Part shown: one piece after another, positions 30,404-39,387 of the stretch | Position numbering within the stretch: position 1 is the stretch's first letter | Layout: each line of letters opens with the position of its first letter | Origin: Abditibacterium sp. | Lineage (GTDB): Bacteria > Armatimonadota > Abditibacteriia > Abditibacteriales > Abditibacteriaceae | NCBI GenBank assembly: GCA_965199495.1 | Contig: CBDASK010000003.1 | Coordinates: 1,376,001 to 1,440,000, forward strand | DNA: 64,000 bases | Direction of reading: 5' to 3' | Position numbers and translations under genes: made by a program | The notes under the pieces: model-generated | Databases searched by the model: none | Seen by the model: the letters and a program-made list of their open reading frames with translations, nothing else | What the model was told of the DNA's origin: nothing

Positions 30404-30586
30404 TAGGATTTACGCAGTTAGCCTGCGTTTGTCATTTCGAGCTTGCCGAGAAATCTTACGGCCCCGCGCCAGCGGAAATGACGCGTGAGTTGAACGTAAA
30501 AATGGCTTTTACTTGCGCTGCCGCGCGGGCGTCGGATTTCTCGGCAAGCTCGAAATGACAGACGCAGGCTAACTGCGTAAATCCTA
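30404..30586. repeat. CGTC-type REP doublet with variable 34-nt core inside TAGGATTTACGCAG ends (copy 2 of 3)
   Basis: TAGGATTTACGCAGTTAGCCTGCGT...ACGCAGGCTAACTGCGTAAATCCTA; same inner stem as 26364. Confidence 0.9.
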
Positions 30587-30764
30587 ATAAATTCGATTGC
30601 GGCGCGTTATACCTCTCGAATTATGGCAGTCGTTTGCCTCCAAATTTCGCTCTATACTGAACGAAGAATTTGTGAGTCAGTAATTTTGCTCGAATGTATA
30701 GGTCAGATGGCTTGGTTTAAACGAGCATGACCAGCGCTAAAGGTGAGTGCGAGTCGCGAAATCA

Positions 30765-31634
30765 ATGATGAAAAAGCAATCCTCAATCCTTTTCGGTCTG
30801 CTGATATTGGGCAGTGCAAATGTTGGTGTGATGCAGGCGCAACCGCTTGATTTACCGCCGCTTTATCCGACACCCGCGAAATCGCAAGCCGAAATGCAAC
30901 GCGCGGAAGCCAGCGCGCAGATCATGGCGTTCGCGACCGAAACTCTGCGTTCGCAGTTGCCGCCAGAAGAATTTGCGCGCTGGCCGTTGGCTTTACGCGA
31001 TGCGTTGCCGTATTGGTTGGAATATCAACCGTTCGAGAACTGGTCGCCGGAATTGCAGCAGTTCGCGCTGGGGAAATTTCAGGCTTTGGCGGACGACACC
31101 AAAGTTGAAACCTTCGCGCCAGCCGCCAAAAACAAAGCGGCTATCCGCGATTGGCTCCAAGAAAAGGCGCCTCTGAAAAACGCGCAATTGCGATTTTTTT
31201 TGAACCTTCGTCTTGGCTTAAAAGTGAAAGATCAAGAGGGAGTCTTGCTTCTCGATACTAGTCAACAAGTCCCAGTGAGCCTTAGTGACAAGGGATGGGA
31301 GGCGTTTGAAATAGTAAAATCTGGACGTTTGATAAACAGTTTGTCGCCGGAGCAAAAAGCCGCATTATTTGCCAACAACATGCTTTTGCCCTTTGCGCGA
31401 TTGAGCGAAGCACAGCGGCAGATTCTCGATGAAATTTTCGATGCCAAAAGGCCGAGATTAGGCGATAAGTCGCTCGACCAGTTTCCCAATCGGGAAATAG
31501 TTATAGATTTCCAGTTCTCCGCTCAAAGCCAACGCCTCACTGCTGGCAAGTTCGCGGATGGCAAGGACAAGAAAGAGGATTTCGAGGTGCAGATCGCTCG
31601 GCCCTTTGATTATTTCGCCGACGAATTTCGATAG
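30765..31634 (+). CDS. Hypothetical secreted protein
   Basis: Signal-peptide-like N-terminus; no recognised domain. Confidence 0.65.
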   Translation: MMKKQSSILFGLLILGSANVGVMQAQPLDLPPLYPTPAKSQAEMQRAEASAQIMAFATETLRSQLPPEEFARWPLALRDALPYWLEYQPFENWSPELQQFALGKFQALADDTKVETFAPAAKNKAAIRDWLQEKAPLKNAQLRFFLNLRLGLKVKDQEGVLLLDTSQQVPVSLSDKGWEAFEIVKSGRLINSLSPEQKAALFANNMLLPFARLSEAQRQILDEIFDAKRPRLGDKSLDQFPNREIVIDFQFSAQSQRLTAGKFADGKDKKEDFEVQIARPFDYFADEFR

Positions 31635-31708
31635 AGATGCGCACCAACTTACAACGGTAATCTAATCTTTGCTGTTTGCTTTACGTCAAAGGTGCGATTC
31701 CAAAAATC

Positions 31709-31737
31709 TTGCGCTGGCTTTTGATGTGCGTTATAAT
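31709..31737 (+). promoter_or_regulatory. Sigma70-type promoter of rpsT
   Basis: TTGCGC-17 bp-TATAAT; GAGGA RBS downstream. Confidence 0.65.
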
Positions 31738-31770
31738 ATGACGGGTCAAAAAGAGGAAAATCTTAAATTC

Positions 31771-32010
31771 ATGCCAAATCTTGCATCAGCCAAAAAGCGT
31801 CTGCGCCAGAACACTGCCAAACAGTTGCGCAATCAGATCGCCAAAACGCGCATCAAAACCGAAGTCAAAAAAGCCATCAGCGGCGAAGAGAACACCGCCG
31901 TCAGCGTCATTGATCGCGCCGCCGCCAAAGGCATCATTCACAAAAACAAAGCCGCGCGCCAGAAAAGTCGCTTGGCCAAACGCCTGTCGAGTGCCGCCAG
32001 CGCCGAATAA
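31771..32010 (+). CDS. rpsT: 30S ribosomal protein S20
   Basis: MPNLASAKKRLRQ...IDRAAAKGIIHKNKAARQKSRL. Confidence 0.97.
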   Translation: MPNLASAKKRLRQNTAKQLRNQIAKTRIKTEVKKAISGEENTAVSVIDRAAAKGIIHKNKAARQKSRLAKRLSSAASAE

Positions 32011-32031
32011 TTGAGGTTTACTTTCCTCGCT

Positions 32032-32062
32032 AAAAACGCCCCGCAAAAAGCGGGGCGTTTTT
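32032..32062. terminator. Bidirectional intrinsic terminator
   Basis: AAAAACGCCCCGC/GCGGGGCGTTTTT between convergent genes. Confidence 0.88.
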
Positions 32063-32082
32063 GGTTTTTCGGTGAACGATTT

Positions 32083-33684
32083 TCAATTCACCCGCATCAC
32101 ATGAGCCACCGGCGCGCCATTGAGCATCAACTCGCCTTCGTCGCTAACTTGATAACGCGCGTTTAACTCCGCATTGAACGCGGCGAGTTTGCCGACATCC
32201 ACGATGATATGGGCCGGGCGCGGCAACGTGCCGTCGCCCAAAGCGCGCTCGATTTCGGGCAAACCATCGCCCGACGGCGTGTTGTAACTTTGGTAATTGT
32301 GCGCCACGAAATTGGCGCCGACGTTATTCGTATCGGTCGTCGCCAGAAATTTGAGCGCATCGGACGGCCAGTTGGCGGCGTAGAGCGCGAATTGCGTGTC
32401 GGGATGCGCGTGCAAATAGCGCCCGACGACAGTCGTTTCGGGATAAAATCCCCACGCGAACGGCTGCTTATCTATGTAAAGTTTCTTCCAGCCCGCGCCC
32501 ATTTGCAGCGCGACGAGCAATGTTAAAGCCGTCGCCAAAACTGGTTTCGTCGCGGGCGATTGCCAGCGTTTTCGCGCCCAGTTTCCCAGAGCGATGAGAA
32601 AGTAGCAAGCCAATAAATAAACAATTGGCAACGTTCCAATCGCGCGGTGAAAGCCCGGTTTGGTGACGACGCTCGGCAACAAAAACAGCGAAAACAAAAG
32701 CAATTCCGGCCAATAATTGCGCAAACGGACGCCCGCGAAAACAATTCCCGCCGCCCATAAAATCAGCATCGGGCCTTCGAGAACCGGAAAGTTAGTGAAA
32801 AAATCGTCGCCACGCGCGGAGAAATCGTAGTAACCCAGCGCGGCTTTGAGGTTATCGAATTTGCCCGCCAATCCACCACCATCGGTCATCAGCGAGGCGG
32901 CGCGCCCGTTCCACTCTTGCGGATGATGAATCGCATAGTTCAGCATCGGCGCGCAGATGGTGAAAAACAAGAGGAGCGACAACGCCGCGTCAATCCAAAC
33001 GCGGCGCGCGCCGCGCATTTGTAAAAGGCGAAATAGCCAGAAAATCGGCACAAACGCCAAAATCGCGCGCCCGCCATTGTAGGTATAAAGCGTGACGCCC
33101 GCGCTTAACCCGATTTGCAGCGCCCAAAATCGCGCCCGCGCCGGTTGGTCGAAATAAAACCGGCACGATGCCGCCACCCACAGCGCGGCGGGAATTAAAG
33201 TCACCAACTGCCAGCCGACGCGGCTAAACAAAACGAACGCCGAACTCGAAATCCACAGGCATGACAGCAGAAACGCCAGCCAAGGGTTGCCGGTTTTACG
33301 TTGCATAATCCAGAAAAATAAGATCGTCGCCAGCCAGCCGAAAAAAGTCGCGGTCAGTTCGATGGTTTCTTTGGAATAGCCGAAAACTCGGAAAACTCCG
33401 GCCATAAAATAAAGGTAAGGCGTTTCGTGGCCATAGGCTTCGGGCGTGTAAATCCCCAACGATTCGCCGCCCAGAATGCGAAACGCCATCAACGCGTGCC
33501 AGCTCGCGTCGTGGTTGAGGCCGGGCGGAAACGCGCCGCCGCGCCCGTAAAAGACGAAGAGCGCGTAGGCGCAACAGGCCAACAAAAATGGCACGATTTC
33601 GAGCAAACGAGAGATGAATTTCGGTCGCGAATCAGACGCCGCGCTCGCCGTGGCTGCATCGCGCGCCGGGGAAGGAGAATTCAC
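32083..33684 (-). CDS. ArnT/PMT-like (GT-C) membrane glycosyltransferase
   Basis: PPGLNHDA acidic loop, multiple TM helices, FSRVGW, YTYNGGR. Confidence 0.75.
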   Translation of the reverse strand: MNSPSPARDAATASAASDSRPKFISRLLEIVPFLLACCAYALFVFYGRGGAFPPGLNHDASWHALMAFRILGGESLGIYTPEAYGHETPYLYFMAGVFRVFGYSKETIELTATFFGWLATILFFWIMQRKTGNPWLAFLLSCLWISSSAFVLFSRVGWQLVTLIPAALWVAASCRFYFDQPARARFWALQIGLSAGVTLYTYNGGRAILAFVPIFWLFRLLQMRGARRVWIDAALSLLLFFTICAPMLNYAIHHPQEWNGRAASLMTDGGGLAGKFDNLKAALGYYDFSARGDDFFTNFPVLEGPMLILWAAGIVFAGVRLRNYWPELLLFSLFLLPSVVTKPGFHRAIGTLPIVYLLACYFLIALGNWARKRWQSPATKPVLATALTLLVALQMGAGWKKLYIDKQPFAWGFYPETTVVGRYLHAHPDTQFALYAANWPSDALKFLATTDTNNVGANFVAHNYQSYNTPSGDGLPEIERALGDGTLPRPAHIIVDVGKLAAFNAELNARYQVSDEGELMLNGAPVAHVMRVN

Positions 33685-33836
33685 GCGTTCAAGGTTATAA
33701 CGCGCGCTGGATGTTGGCGAATGTCGTTGCGCGTTTGTCTGCCAATCTGTTCAGCCAATTAAAATCCGCAACGATTTGAATGGTTCAGTTTCCAAGGTTT
33801 GCGCGTTAAACTGGCGCTCGCATCTTTTTCCAAACC

Positions 33837-34388
33837 ATGAAAATCTCCAACTTTTCTCTGCTCATCCCCGCCGTGGCTGTTATCGGCGCAGCCCTACTTC
33901 CCGCGCGCGCGGCGCACGCGCAGGGCGTCGGACTTTTGCCGCTTCGCGTAAAAATCGGCGCGCTGTTGCCCACGCAAAGCGAAACCAAAGATCGCGCGGG
34001 CAGCGTCATTCCCGCCGCCGAACTCGATTTGCGCATTCCGCGCTTGTTTTCGGGCGGCAATGGCAGCACTTACGCCTCGATTGGCTATCAAGATCGGGGC
34101 GGATTGCGCACCGTTCCGCTCACGCTTTCGCGCACCTTTTCGCCCAAAAACCCGCTCAAAATCGCGACCGGCAATCCCTATTTCGGTCTGGGCGCGGGCG
34201 TCTATTTCTTGCAGGGCGACAACAAAATCGGCAACTCCGAATCGAAGACGACTTTCGGCGGCTTCGCGCAAGTCGGTTACCAGTTCCCCAATCCCTATTT
34301 CATCGAGGCCAAATATCAATTGGTCGCCCAGAAAGCCGACGGCCTGAGCGCCGACGGCCTGATGTTGTTCGTCGGTCGCAAGTTTTAA
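33837..34388 (+). CDS. Small outer-membrane beta-barrel protein
   Basis: Signal peptide, PYFGLGAGVY, FIEAKY, C-terminal Phe. Confidence 0.8.
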   Translation: MKISNFSLLIPAVAVIGAALLPARAAHAQGVGLLPLRVKIGALLPTQSETKDRAGSVIPAAELDLRIPRLFSGGNGSTYASIGYQDRGGLRTVPLTLSRTFSPKNPLKIATGNPYFGLGAGVYFLQGDNKIGNSESKTTFGGFAQVGYQFPNPYFIEAKYQLVAQKADGLSADGLMLFVGRKF

Positions 34389-34494
34389 GGAAAGGATAAA
34401 GGCTGAAGGATAAAGGATAAAATGACGTTATCATGCGTCATTACTTCACGCGATTTCCCCTTTATCCTTCAGCCTTTATCCTTTATCCTTTTCC
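34389..34494. repeat. Heptamer-based inverted repeat (AAGGATA units)
   Basis: 34391-34416 is the reverse complement of 34459-34484. Confidence 0.85.
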
Positions 34495-34495
34495 C

Positions 34496-35827
34496 ATGCT
34501 TCTCAAACCCGGCGAACATATTTCCGGCGCCGCGCACTCTTACGAAATCGTCGAAATTCTCGGCCAGGGCACCTACGGAACCGTGTTTCGCGCGCGCGAC
34601 GAAGACGCCAATTTCGTCGTCATCAAACAATTATTCGATACCGGCTCGGCCTCGGAAGAAGATTTCGAGTATCAGCGTAAGCTGTTCTGGCGCGAAGCCG
34701 AGATTTTGTCGCAGATTAATAATCCCAAAATCGTCAAGTTCGTCGAGCGCATCCCCGATGCAGCCACGCCGCCGCCCGACGAAGATATTTTCCTCGTCAT
34801 GGAACTGGTGCAAGGCATCACGCTACGCAAAGTTTTCGACGATTATCGCATTGCGAACAACTCGCAGCCGTTTCCCGCCGAAACCGTGACCGCCGTCGGC
34901 ATCGAGATTTGCGACGCGCTGCATTATCTGCACACGTTGCCCGGTCAGATTATCTATCGCGACCTCAAGCCCGAAAACGTGATGTGGGACAGCGTCGCCC
35001 AAAAATGCAAATTGATCGATTTCGGCACCGCGCGTTTTTCCGATAAAAGTCGCCGCGCCACGCAGGGTTTGGGAACAGAAGGCTACGCGCCGCCCGAATT
35101 GTATTCGTCGCGCTCCGAACTCAGCTTTTCGACCGACGTTTTCACCATCGGCGCGCTGATGTATGAGCTTTTGACGGGCGAAACGCCCGAACCCAAAAGC
35201 GTGCCGTCGAACTTTCGCGGTTACGACGCCCGCATTCCACCCGCGCTGCAAAAGGTCGTTCTCACCGCGCTGCAACTCGATCCGATGAATCGCTTCCAAA
35301 CCGCCGGAGCGATGGGCGACGCGCTACGCGCCACGCATCTGGCGCCCGAAGAACCGGCTTTGGAAGGCGTCGGCGCGCCCAGAGCCACCAATTTGCATCC
35401 GTTGCTCAGTTGTTTCTGCGCCAACTGCGGCGCGGTGCCGCGCACCGACAAAGCGATTTATTGCGGAAAATGTCGCGGCCTGATTCATACCGTCATGCTG
35501 CGCGTCGTGCCCAAAAACGCGCCGCCAACGCTATTGTATCTCCAAAAATCCGATAGCCTATTGGGTCGCACCGACCCCGACACCGGCATCTTCCCCGACG
35601 TTGATTTAAGCCGCTTCGACGCCGGGAGGTTCGTGAGCCGCAAACACGCCGAAATCAAACGTCAAGGCGTAAAATTCTTCCTAACGCCCGGCAAAACCAT
35701 GAACCCAACGCGCGTCAACGGCTTCGCCGTGGCTGAGGGTGCGACCGTGCCACTCGCCAACGAAGATCGGTTGGAATTCGCCGATTTGGTGTGTAATTTC
35801 GTGGTGAGGCCGGTGGTGAACGAGTAA
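34496..35827 (+). CDS. Ser/Thr protein kinase with zinc ribbon and C-terminal FHA domain
   Basis: LGQGTYG, YRDLKPEN, DFG, GTEGYAPPE; CANCG..CGKC; LGR..VSRKHA FHA. Confidence 0.93.
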   Translation: MLLKPGEHISGAAHSYEIVEILGQGTYGTVFRARDEDANFVVIKQLFDTGSASEEDFEYQRKLFWREAEILSQINNPKIVKFVERIPDAATPPPDEDIFLVMELVQGITLRKVFDDYRIANNSQPFPAETVTAVGIEICDALHYLHTLPGQIIYRDLKPENVMWDSVAQKCKLIDFGTARFSDKSRRATQGLGTEGYAPPELYSSRSELSFSTDVFTIGALMYELLTGETPEPKSVPSNFRGYDARIPPALQKVVLTALQLDPMNRFQTAGAMGDALRATHLAPEEPALEGVGAPRATNLHPLLSCFCANCGAVPRTDKAIYCGKCRGLIHTVMLRVVPKNAPPTLLYLQKSDSLLGRTDPDTGIFPDVDLSRFDAGRFVSRKHAEIKRQGVKFFLTPGKTMNPTRVNGFAVAEGATVPLANEDRLEFADLVCNFVVRPVVNE

Positions 35828-35840
35828 TAGGAGAATCAAA

Positions 35841-36242
35841 ATGTCATTTCAAGTTCGCGTCGTGCTGGGATTTATCGCCGCTTGTCTGGTGATTCCGACG
35901 ATATGGTTGATGATTCCGACGCCTCAAGCCAAAAAAGTCAATCGCATAAAAATCATCATGTCGAGCTTGCCGATGGGCTTGACCAAAGAACAGGTCGCTT
36001 CGCTCTTGAACAAAGAAGAGATAGATTCGCATTACCAAAGCATTGACGAGTTTTCGATCTACGATTCTGATGTGAAAGACTCTGGTTTTAAGCCCACCGA
36101 TTTGAGCGGTTATACCGTCGGTTGGGTTCGCGGCACGCCCAGAGACATCATTGGCGAATGTGGCGTTTATTTCAATTTCTACTTTGATAAAAAAGGCAAG
36201 TTAATCAAGGTCATTGACGAAACGCGTTGTATCGGGTTGTGA
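35841..36242 (+). CDS. Hypothetical membrane-anchored protein (SmpA/BamE-like pattern)
   Basis: AGGAG RBS; TM helix; GLTKEQVASLL...FYFDKKGKL; AT-richer. Confidence 0.65.
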   Translation: MSFQVRVVLGFIAACLVIPTIWLMIPTPQAKKVNRIKIIMSSLPMGLTKEQVASLLNKEEIDSHYQSIDEFSIYDSDVKDSGFKPTDLSGYTVGWVRGTPRDIIGECGVYFNFYFDKKGKLIKVIDETRCIGL

Positions 36243-36293
36243 CTTCGCAGTGAAGTCCGCAGTGAACGAATAAACCGCCATTATACTTCTCCC

Positions 36294-36533
36294 ATGCTCA
36301 CCATCAGCGCCGACGAGATGCAACGCGATTTGCCCGCTTACCTCAAATTGGTGCAAAGCGGCGAAACTTTGCTCATTACACAGGCCGATCAACCCGTCGC
36401 TGAAGTTAAGATGGCGGCGCCGCCGAACAAGCAACCACGTCCATTCGGTTTGGCACAGGGCGAGTTCGTCGTGCCCGACGATTTCGATGCGCCGCTTCCC
36501 GATGATATTTTGGATGGCTTCGAGGGCCGATGA
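36294..36533 (+). CDS. Antitoxin (Phd/YefM-like, with DUF2281-like tail)
   Basis: GETLLITQADQPVAE; RPFGLAQGEFVVPDDFDAPLP; ATGA overlap with toxin. Confidence 0.85.
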   Translation: MLTISADEMQRDLPAYLKLVQSGETLLITQADQPVAEVKMAAPPNKQPRPFGLAQGEFVVPDDFDAPLPDDILDGFEGR

Positions 36534-36916
36534 AACTTCTACTCGACACTCACATTTTCCTGTGGTTCATCAGCGCCGACGCCCGACTTTCTGCGGCGGC
36601 AAAGGCGATGATTGGCGCGCCAGAAAATGAGGTTTATTTGAGCGTTGCTTCTGTTTGGGAAGTTGTCATCAAACATCAGTTGGGCAAATTGCCGTTGCCG
36701 CAAGCGCCCGAAATCTACCTGCCCGCGCAACGCCAGAATCATGGTATCGCAACTCTCGAAATAGACGAAGCAACGATTCGCTTTCTGCCCAAACTTCCGG
36801 CTTTACATCGCGATCCGTTCGACCGCATTCTCATCTGTCAGGCGTTGCAACACGGTTTAACTCTGGTGACGGTAGACGCCGCGATTGTGGCTTATCCCGT
36901 TCCTACAATCGCTTGA
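36530..36916 (+). CDS. VapC/PIN-domain toxin
   Basis: LLLDTHIFLW, SVASVWE, HRDPFDRILICQA, LVTVD. Confidence 0.92.
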   Translation: MKLLLDTHIFLWFISADARLSAAAKAMIGAPENEVYLSVASVWEVVIKHQLGKLPLPQAPEIYLPAQRQNHGIATLEIDEATIRFLPKLPALHRDPFDRILICQALQHGLTLVTVDAAIVAYPVPTIA

Positions 36917-36920
36917 GCCA

Positions 36921-37033
36921 CGTCAACGAAACGCCGCGAGGTTAGGCGCGACCGTCCCGCTCGCCAACGAAAACCGCTCGGAACTCGCCGATTTGGTGTG
37001 CAACTTCGTCATTCGCCCGTTGTGAGCGAGTAA
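36921..37033 (+). pseudogene. Degenerate duplicate of the kinase-FHA gene 3' end
   Basis: Reads GATVPLANENRSELADLVCNFVIRP vs GATVPLANEDRLEFADLVCNFVVRP at 35713-35827; two 1-nt deletions. Confidence 0.88.
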
Positions 37034-37043
37034 GCTAATTTCG

Positions 37044-37988
37044 ATGATGAAAATCAAAGCTTTGCTTTTATCGCTCGCGCTTGGCGCGGGATTGATGGGC
37101 GCGACAACAATCGCCAGCCATGCCCAAACCGAACCTGCCGCCAGAGAAACCGCGCAAGCCCAGCCGCCCGTGGAAATTCTGCTCGCCAAAATAAACCGCG
37201 CGCGGCAAGCGGATGGGTCGCCCAATGCTTTCGTTGTAACCGGCCCTGCGGGTTTAGCGCTCAAAAAAGTCGTCGTTACCACTGAGAAAGATAACCTGTT
37301 CAACGCTGACCTGACAGTGGACGACTTTAAGGAAGAACTGGGCGATTCGTTGGTGGTTCGCGTCGGCGACAAGGTTCTGGTGCCCTACAGTTACGGCGGC
37401 GATAAGGACAGATATTGGTCGCCGGAATTGCGCGATTTGAACAAAGAGAGCGCGGAAATTCTCAACGGCGGGCCGCTTGCGGGCGCGCCCAAAGAAAGTT
37501 TCGAGATCGAATACTCGCCCTATCAAGGAACTTACGCCGTTAATAAAGCCGTTGAAGTTCAACTCGGCGTGCATAACGTGGGCGCGGTTCCGCTCACGAT
37601 TTACTGGGGCACGAACGGCGGCGGTAATTACCCTTGCCGCGACACAAGCCTCGCTTTCACCGCGACTTTGGATGGCAAGCCGATGCCCGCCAATCCCAAG
37701 CCTTTGCCGCCGGGTTTCATCAGTTCACCTTTCGTGAGCAAACCCGATAATACGCTGAAACGAGGCGTGGATTTAAGCGAATGGTTGCAGTTTTCCCAGC
37801 CCGGCGAGTATCTCGTGGATGCGACTTATACTTTGGAAATCAACAACCCGGAAAAGGACGCTTCGCCCGCCAGTTGGAAGGTTGACTATCACAACCAGTT
37901 TTCGGTGCGCGTGGCAAACGAGGCTGCGCCGCTCAATAAAATCGCCGCTCCGCCGCGCATCTCCGCGCCCGCGAAATCGCAAAATTAG
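37044..37988 (+). CDS. Hypothetical secreted protein with Ig-like C-terminal region
   Basis: Signal peptide (ASHA-Q); beta-rich region ending DLSEWLQFSQPGEYLV. Confidence 0.7.
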   Translation: MMKIKALLLSLALGAGLMGATTIASHAQTEPAARETAQAQPPVEILLAKINRARQADGSPNAFVVTGPAGLALKKVVVTTEKDNLFNADLTVDDFKEELGDSLVVRVGDKVLVPYSYGGDKDRYWSPELRDLNKESAEILNGGPLAGAPKESFEIEYSPYQGTYAVNKAVEVQLGVHNVGAVPLTIYWGTNGGGNYPCRDTSLAFTATLDGKPMPANPKPLPPGFISSPFVSKPDNTLKRGVDLSEWLQFSQPGEYLVDATYTLEINNPEKDASPASWKVDYHNQFSVRVANEAAPLNKIAAPPRISAPAKSQN

Positions 37989-38014
37989 ACAGGAGTTACA
38001 CATTTGCGTTGCCC

Positions 38015-38431
38015 CTATTCCCACATCGATTTGTCGGTGACAAAACACATAATTCCCGTGCCCACGACGAGCGTATGCAACATGCCCTGCGCGATTTGCG
38101 CGGCGAAAGTTACGTTGATGAAACGTGGCGAATGCGTGTAGCGCAGACGATAAGGCAGATTGAACGAGAGCAACAGCAACAGCGCGCCCAGCGTGAAAAA
38201 GACGATATAGCGCGTGTGTTTGTCTTTGATGAGCGCGGCCAACAGCGCGTAACCGACGGCGACTAAAATCGAGCCGCCGAACGTTCCGGCGAAAACCTGT
38301 TGCGGCAATAAGGGCGCATAATCGGGCGGCGCGCCCGAAATGCGCAGCAAGACCAAACCCGCAGGAACGCAAATCGAAGTCGAGATGATGATGGCCAGAG
38401 CCAGACGCGAGAACCAATTGGCGAAATTCAT
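38015..38431 (-). CDS. Hypothetical 4-TM membrane protein
   Basis: Four hydrophobic segments; divergent from LuxR gene. Confidence 0.65.
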   Translation of the reverse strand: MNFANWFSRLALAIIISTSICVPAGLVLLRISGAPPDYAPLLPQQVFAGTFGGSILVAVGYALLAALIKDKHTRYIVFFTLGALLLLLSFNLPYRLRYTHSPRFINVTFAAQIAQGMLHTLVVGTGIMCFVTDKSMWE

Positions 38432-38497
38432 AAGCGCAACAAAGCATGGCGTGTAATCGGGCAGCTTCCTATGCCCCATTCGGGTAAAACTGCCGAT

Positions 38498-39100
38498 ATG
38501 CCCGCTCCCACTCTGCTCGAAATCTTGAATCGCGCCGCCGATTTGGATGAACTGCGCGGCGACTTTCTGGCGCGCGCCCAGAAGCATTTCGGCGCCGCGC
38601 GCGCCGCGATTTTCCTAATTGACCAGTTGCCGCCCGGCGTCAGGGATGGCGCGCGCAATCCGCTAATGGATTACGTATTACAGCATCATGCGCCGATGTC
38701 GAGCGACGCTTTGCCCGCGCGCGCTCTCGTGAGGCGCTCCGATCACGGCCATGCGTTGCTTGGGCCGCTGATTTACGAAGGAAAATTGCAGGGCGTGCTG
38801 GCGTTTACGCGCCATTTATCGGACGCGGCGTTTGAAGCCGCCGACATCGCCGACGTGACGGCGCTTTGTCTGCACGTTTCGGCGTTGCTGGCGAGCCAAT
38901 CGGTCGCGCCAAAATTGCCGGATTTAACCGCGCGCGAACGGCAGATTTGCGCGCTGGTGGCGCGCGGCAAGACCAACGCGCAAATCGCCGGGGCATTGTG
39001 CGTTTCGCCCGAAACGGTGAAGGCACATCTCAAAACGATCTTTCGCAAATGCGAAGTTCATTCGCGCGCGGGTTTGGCAGGTTTGTTTTCGCGGCAGTAA
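38498..39100 (+). CDS. LuxR-family regulator with GAF-like input domain
   Basis: LTARERQICALVARGKTNAQIAGALCVSPETVKAHLKTIFRK HTH. Confidence 0.88.
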   Translation: MPAPTLLEILNRAADLDELRGDFLARAQKHFGAARAAIFLIDQLPPGVRDGARNPLMDYVLQHHAPMSSDALPARALVRRSDHGHALLGPLIYEGKLQGVLAFTRHLSDAAFEAADIADVTALCLHVSALLASQSVAPKLPDLTARERQICALVARGKTNAQIAGALCVSPETVKAHLKTIFRKCEVHSRAGLAGLFSRQ

Positions 39101-39139
39101 CGAATTACGCACTTTACGTGCGCTTCGAGCGGAGCTAAC

Positions 39140-39307
39140 GTTCTCACCGGGTAGTTTGATAGGGTTGCCGTAAGCCGTAGAGACGCCGATTTATCGCGTC
39201 TAAAGCGTCCATGTTCCCCTAACTCTGCGAAAATCCTGATGTTTTAGACGCGATAAATCGGCGCCTCTACGGGGCTGTGACACTATACCGAACTATCCGG
39301 TTAGAAC
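39140..39307. repeat. GTAG-type REP doublet with degenerate outer inverted arms
   Basis: CCGTAGAGACGCCGATTTATCGCGTCTAAA (39175-39204) vs 39243-39272; outer imperfect arms GTTCTCACCGGGTAGTTTG/CGAACTATCCGGTTAGAAC. Confidence 0.85.
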
Positions 39308-39387
39308 ACTAACGTCCTGTGCGTAAAGTCCAACCTTGAGATAATTCGCCGCGTTTCAAGACAGGCTTTTAAACTAAAGCCATCGCC

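Noticed and set aside
30634..30658. TTGCCT...TATACT promoter
   Set aside because: Spacer is only 13 nt
36246..36266. CGCAGTGAA direct repeat upstream of the antitoxin
   Set aside because: Two 9-mers only; could be an operator or slippage but unsupported
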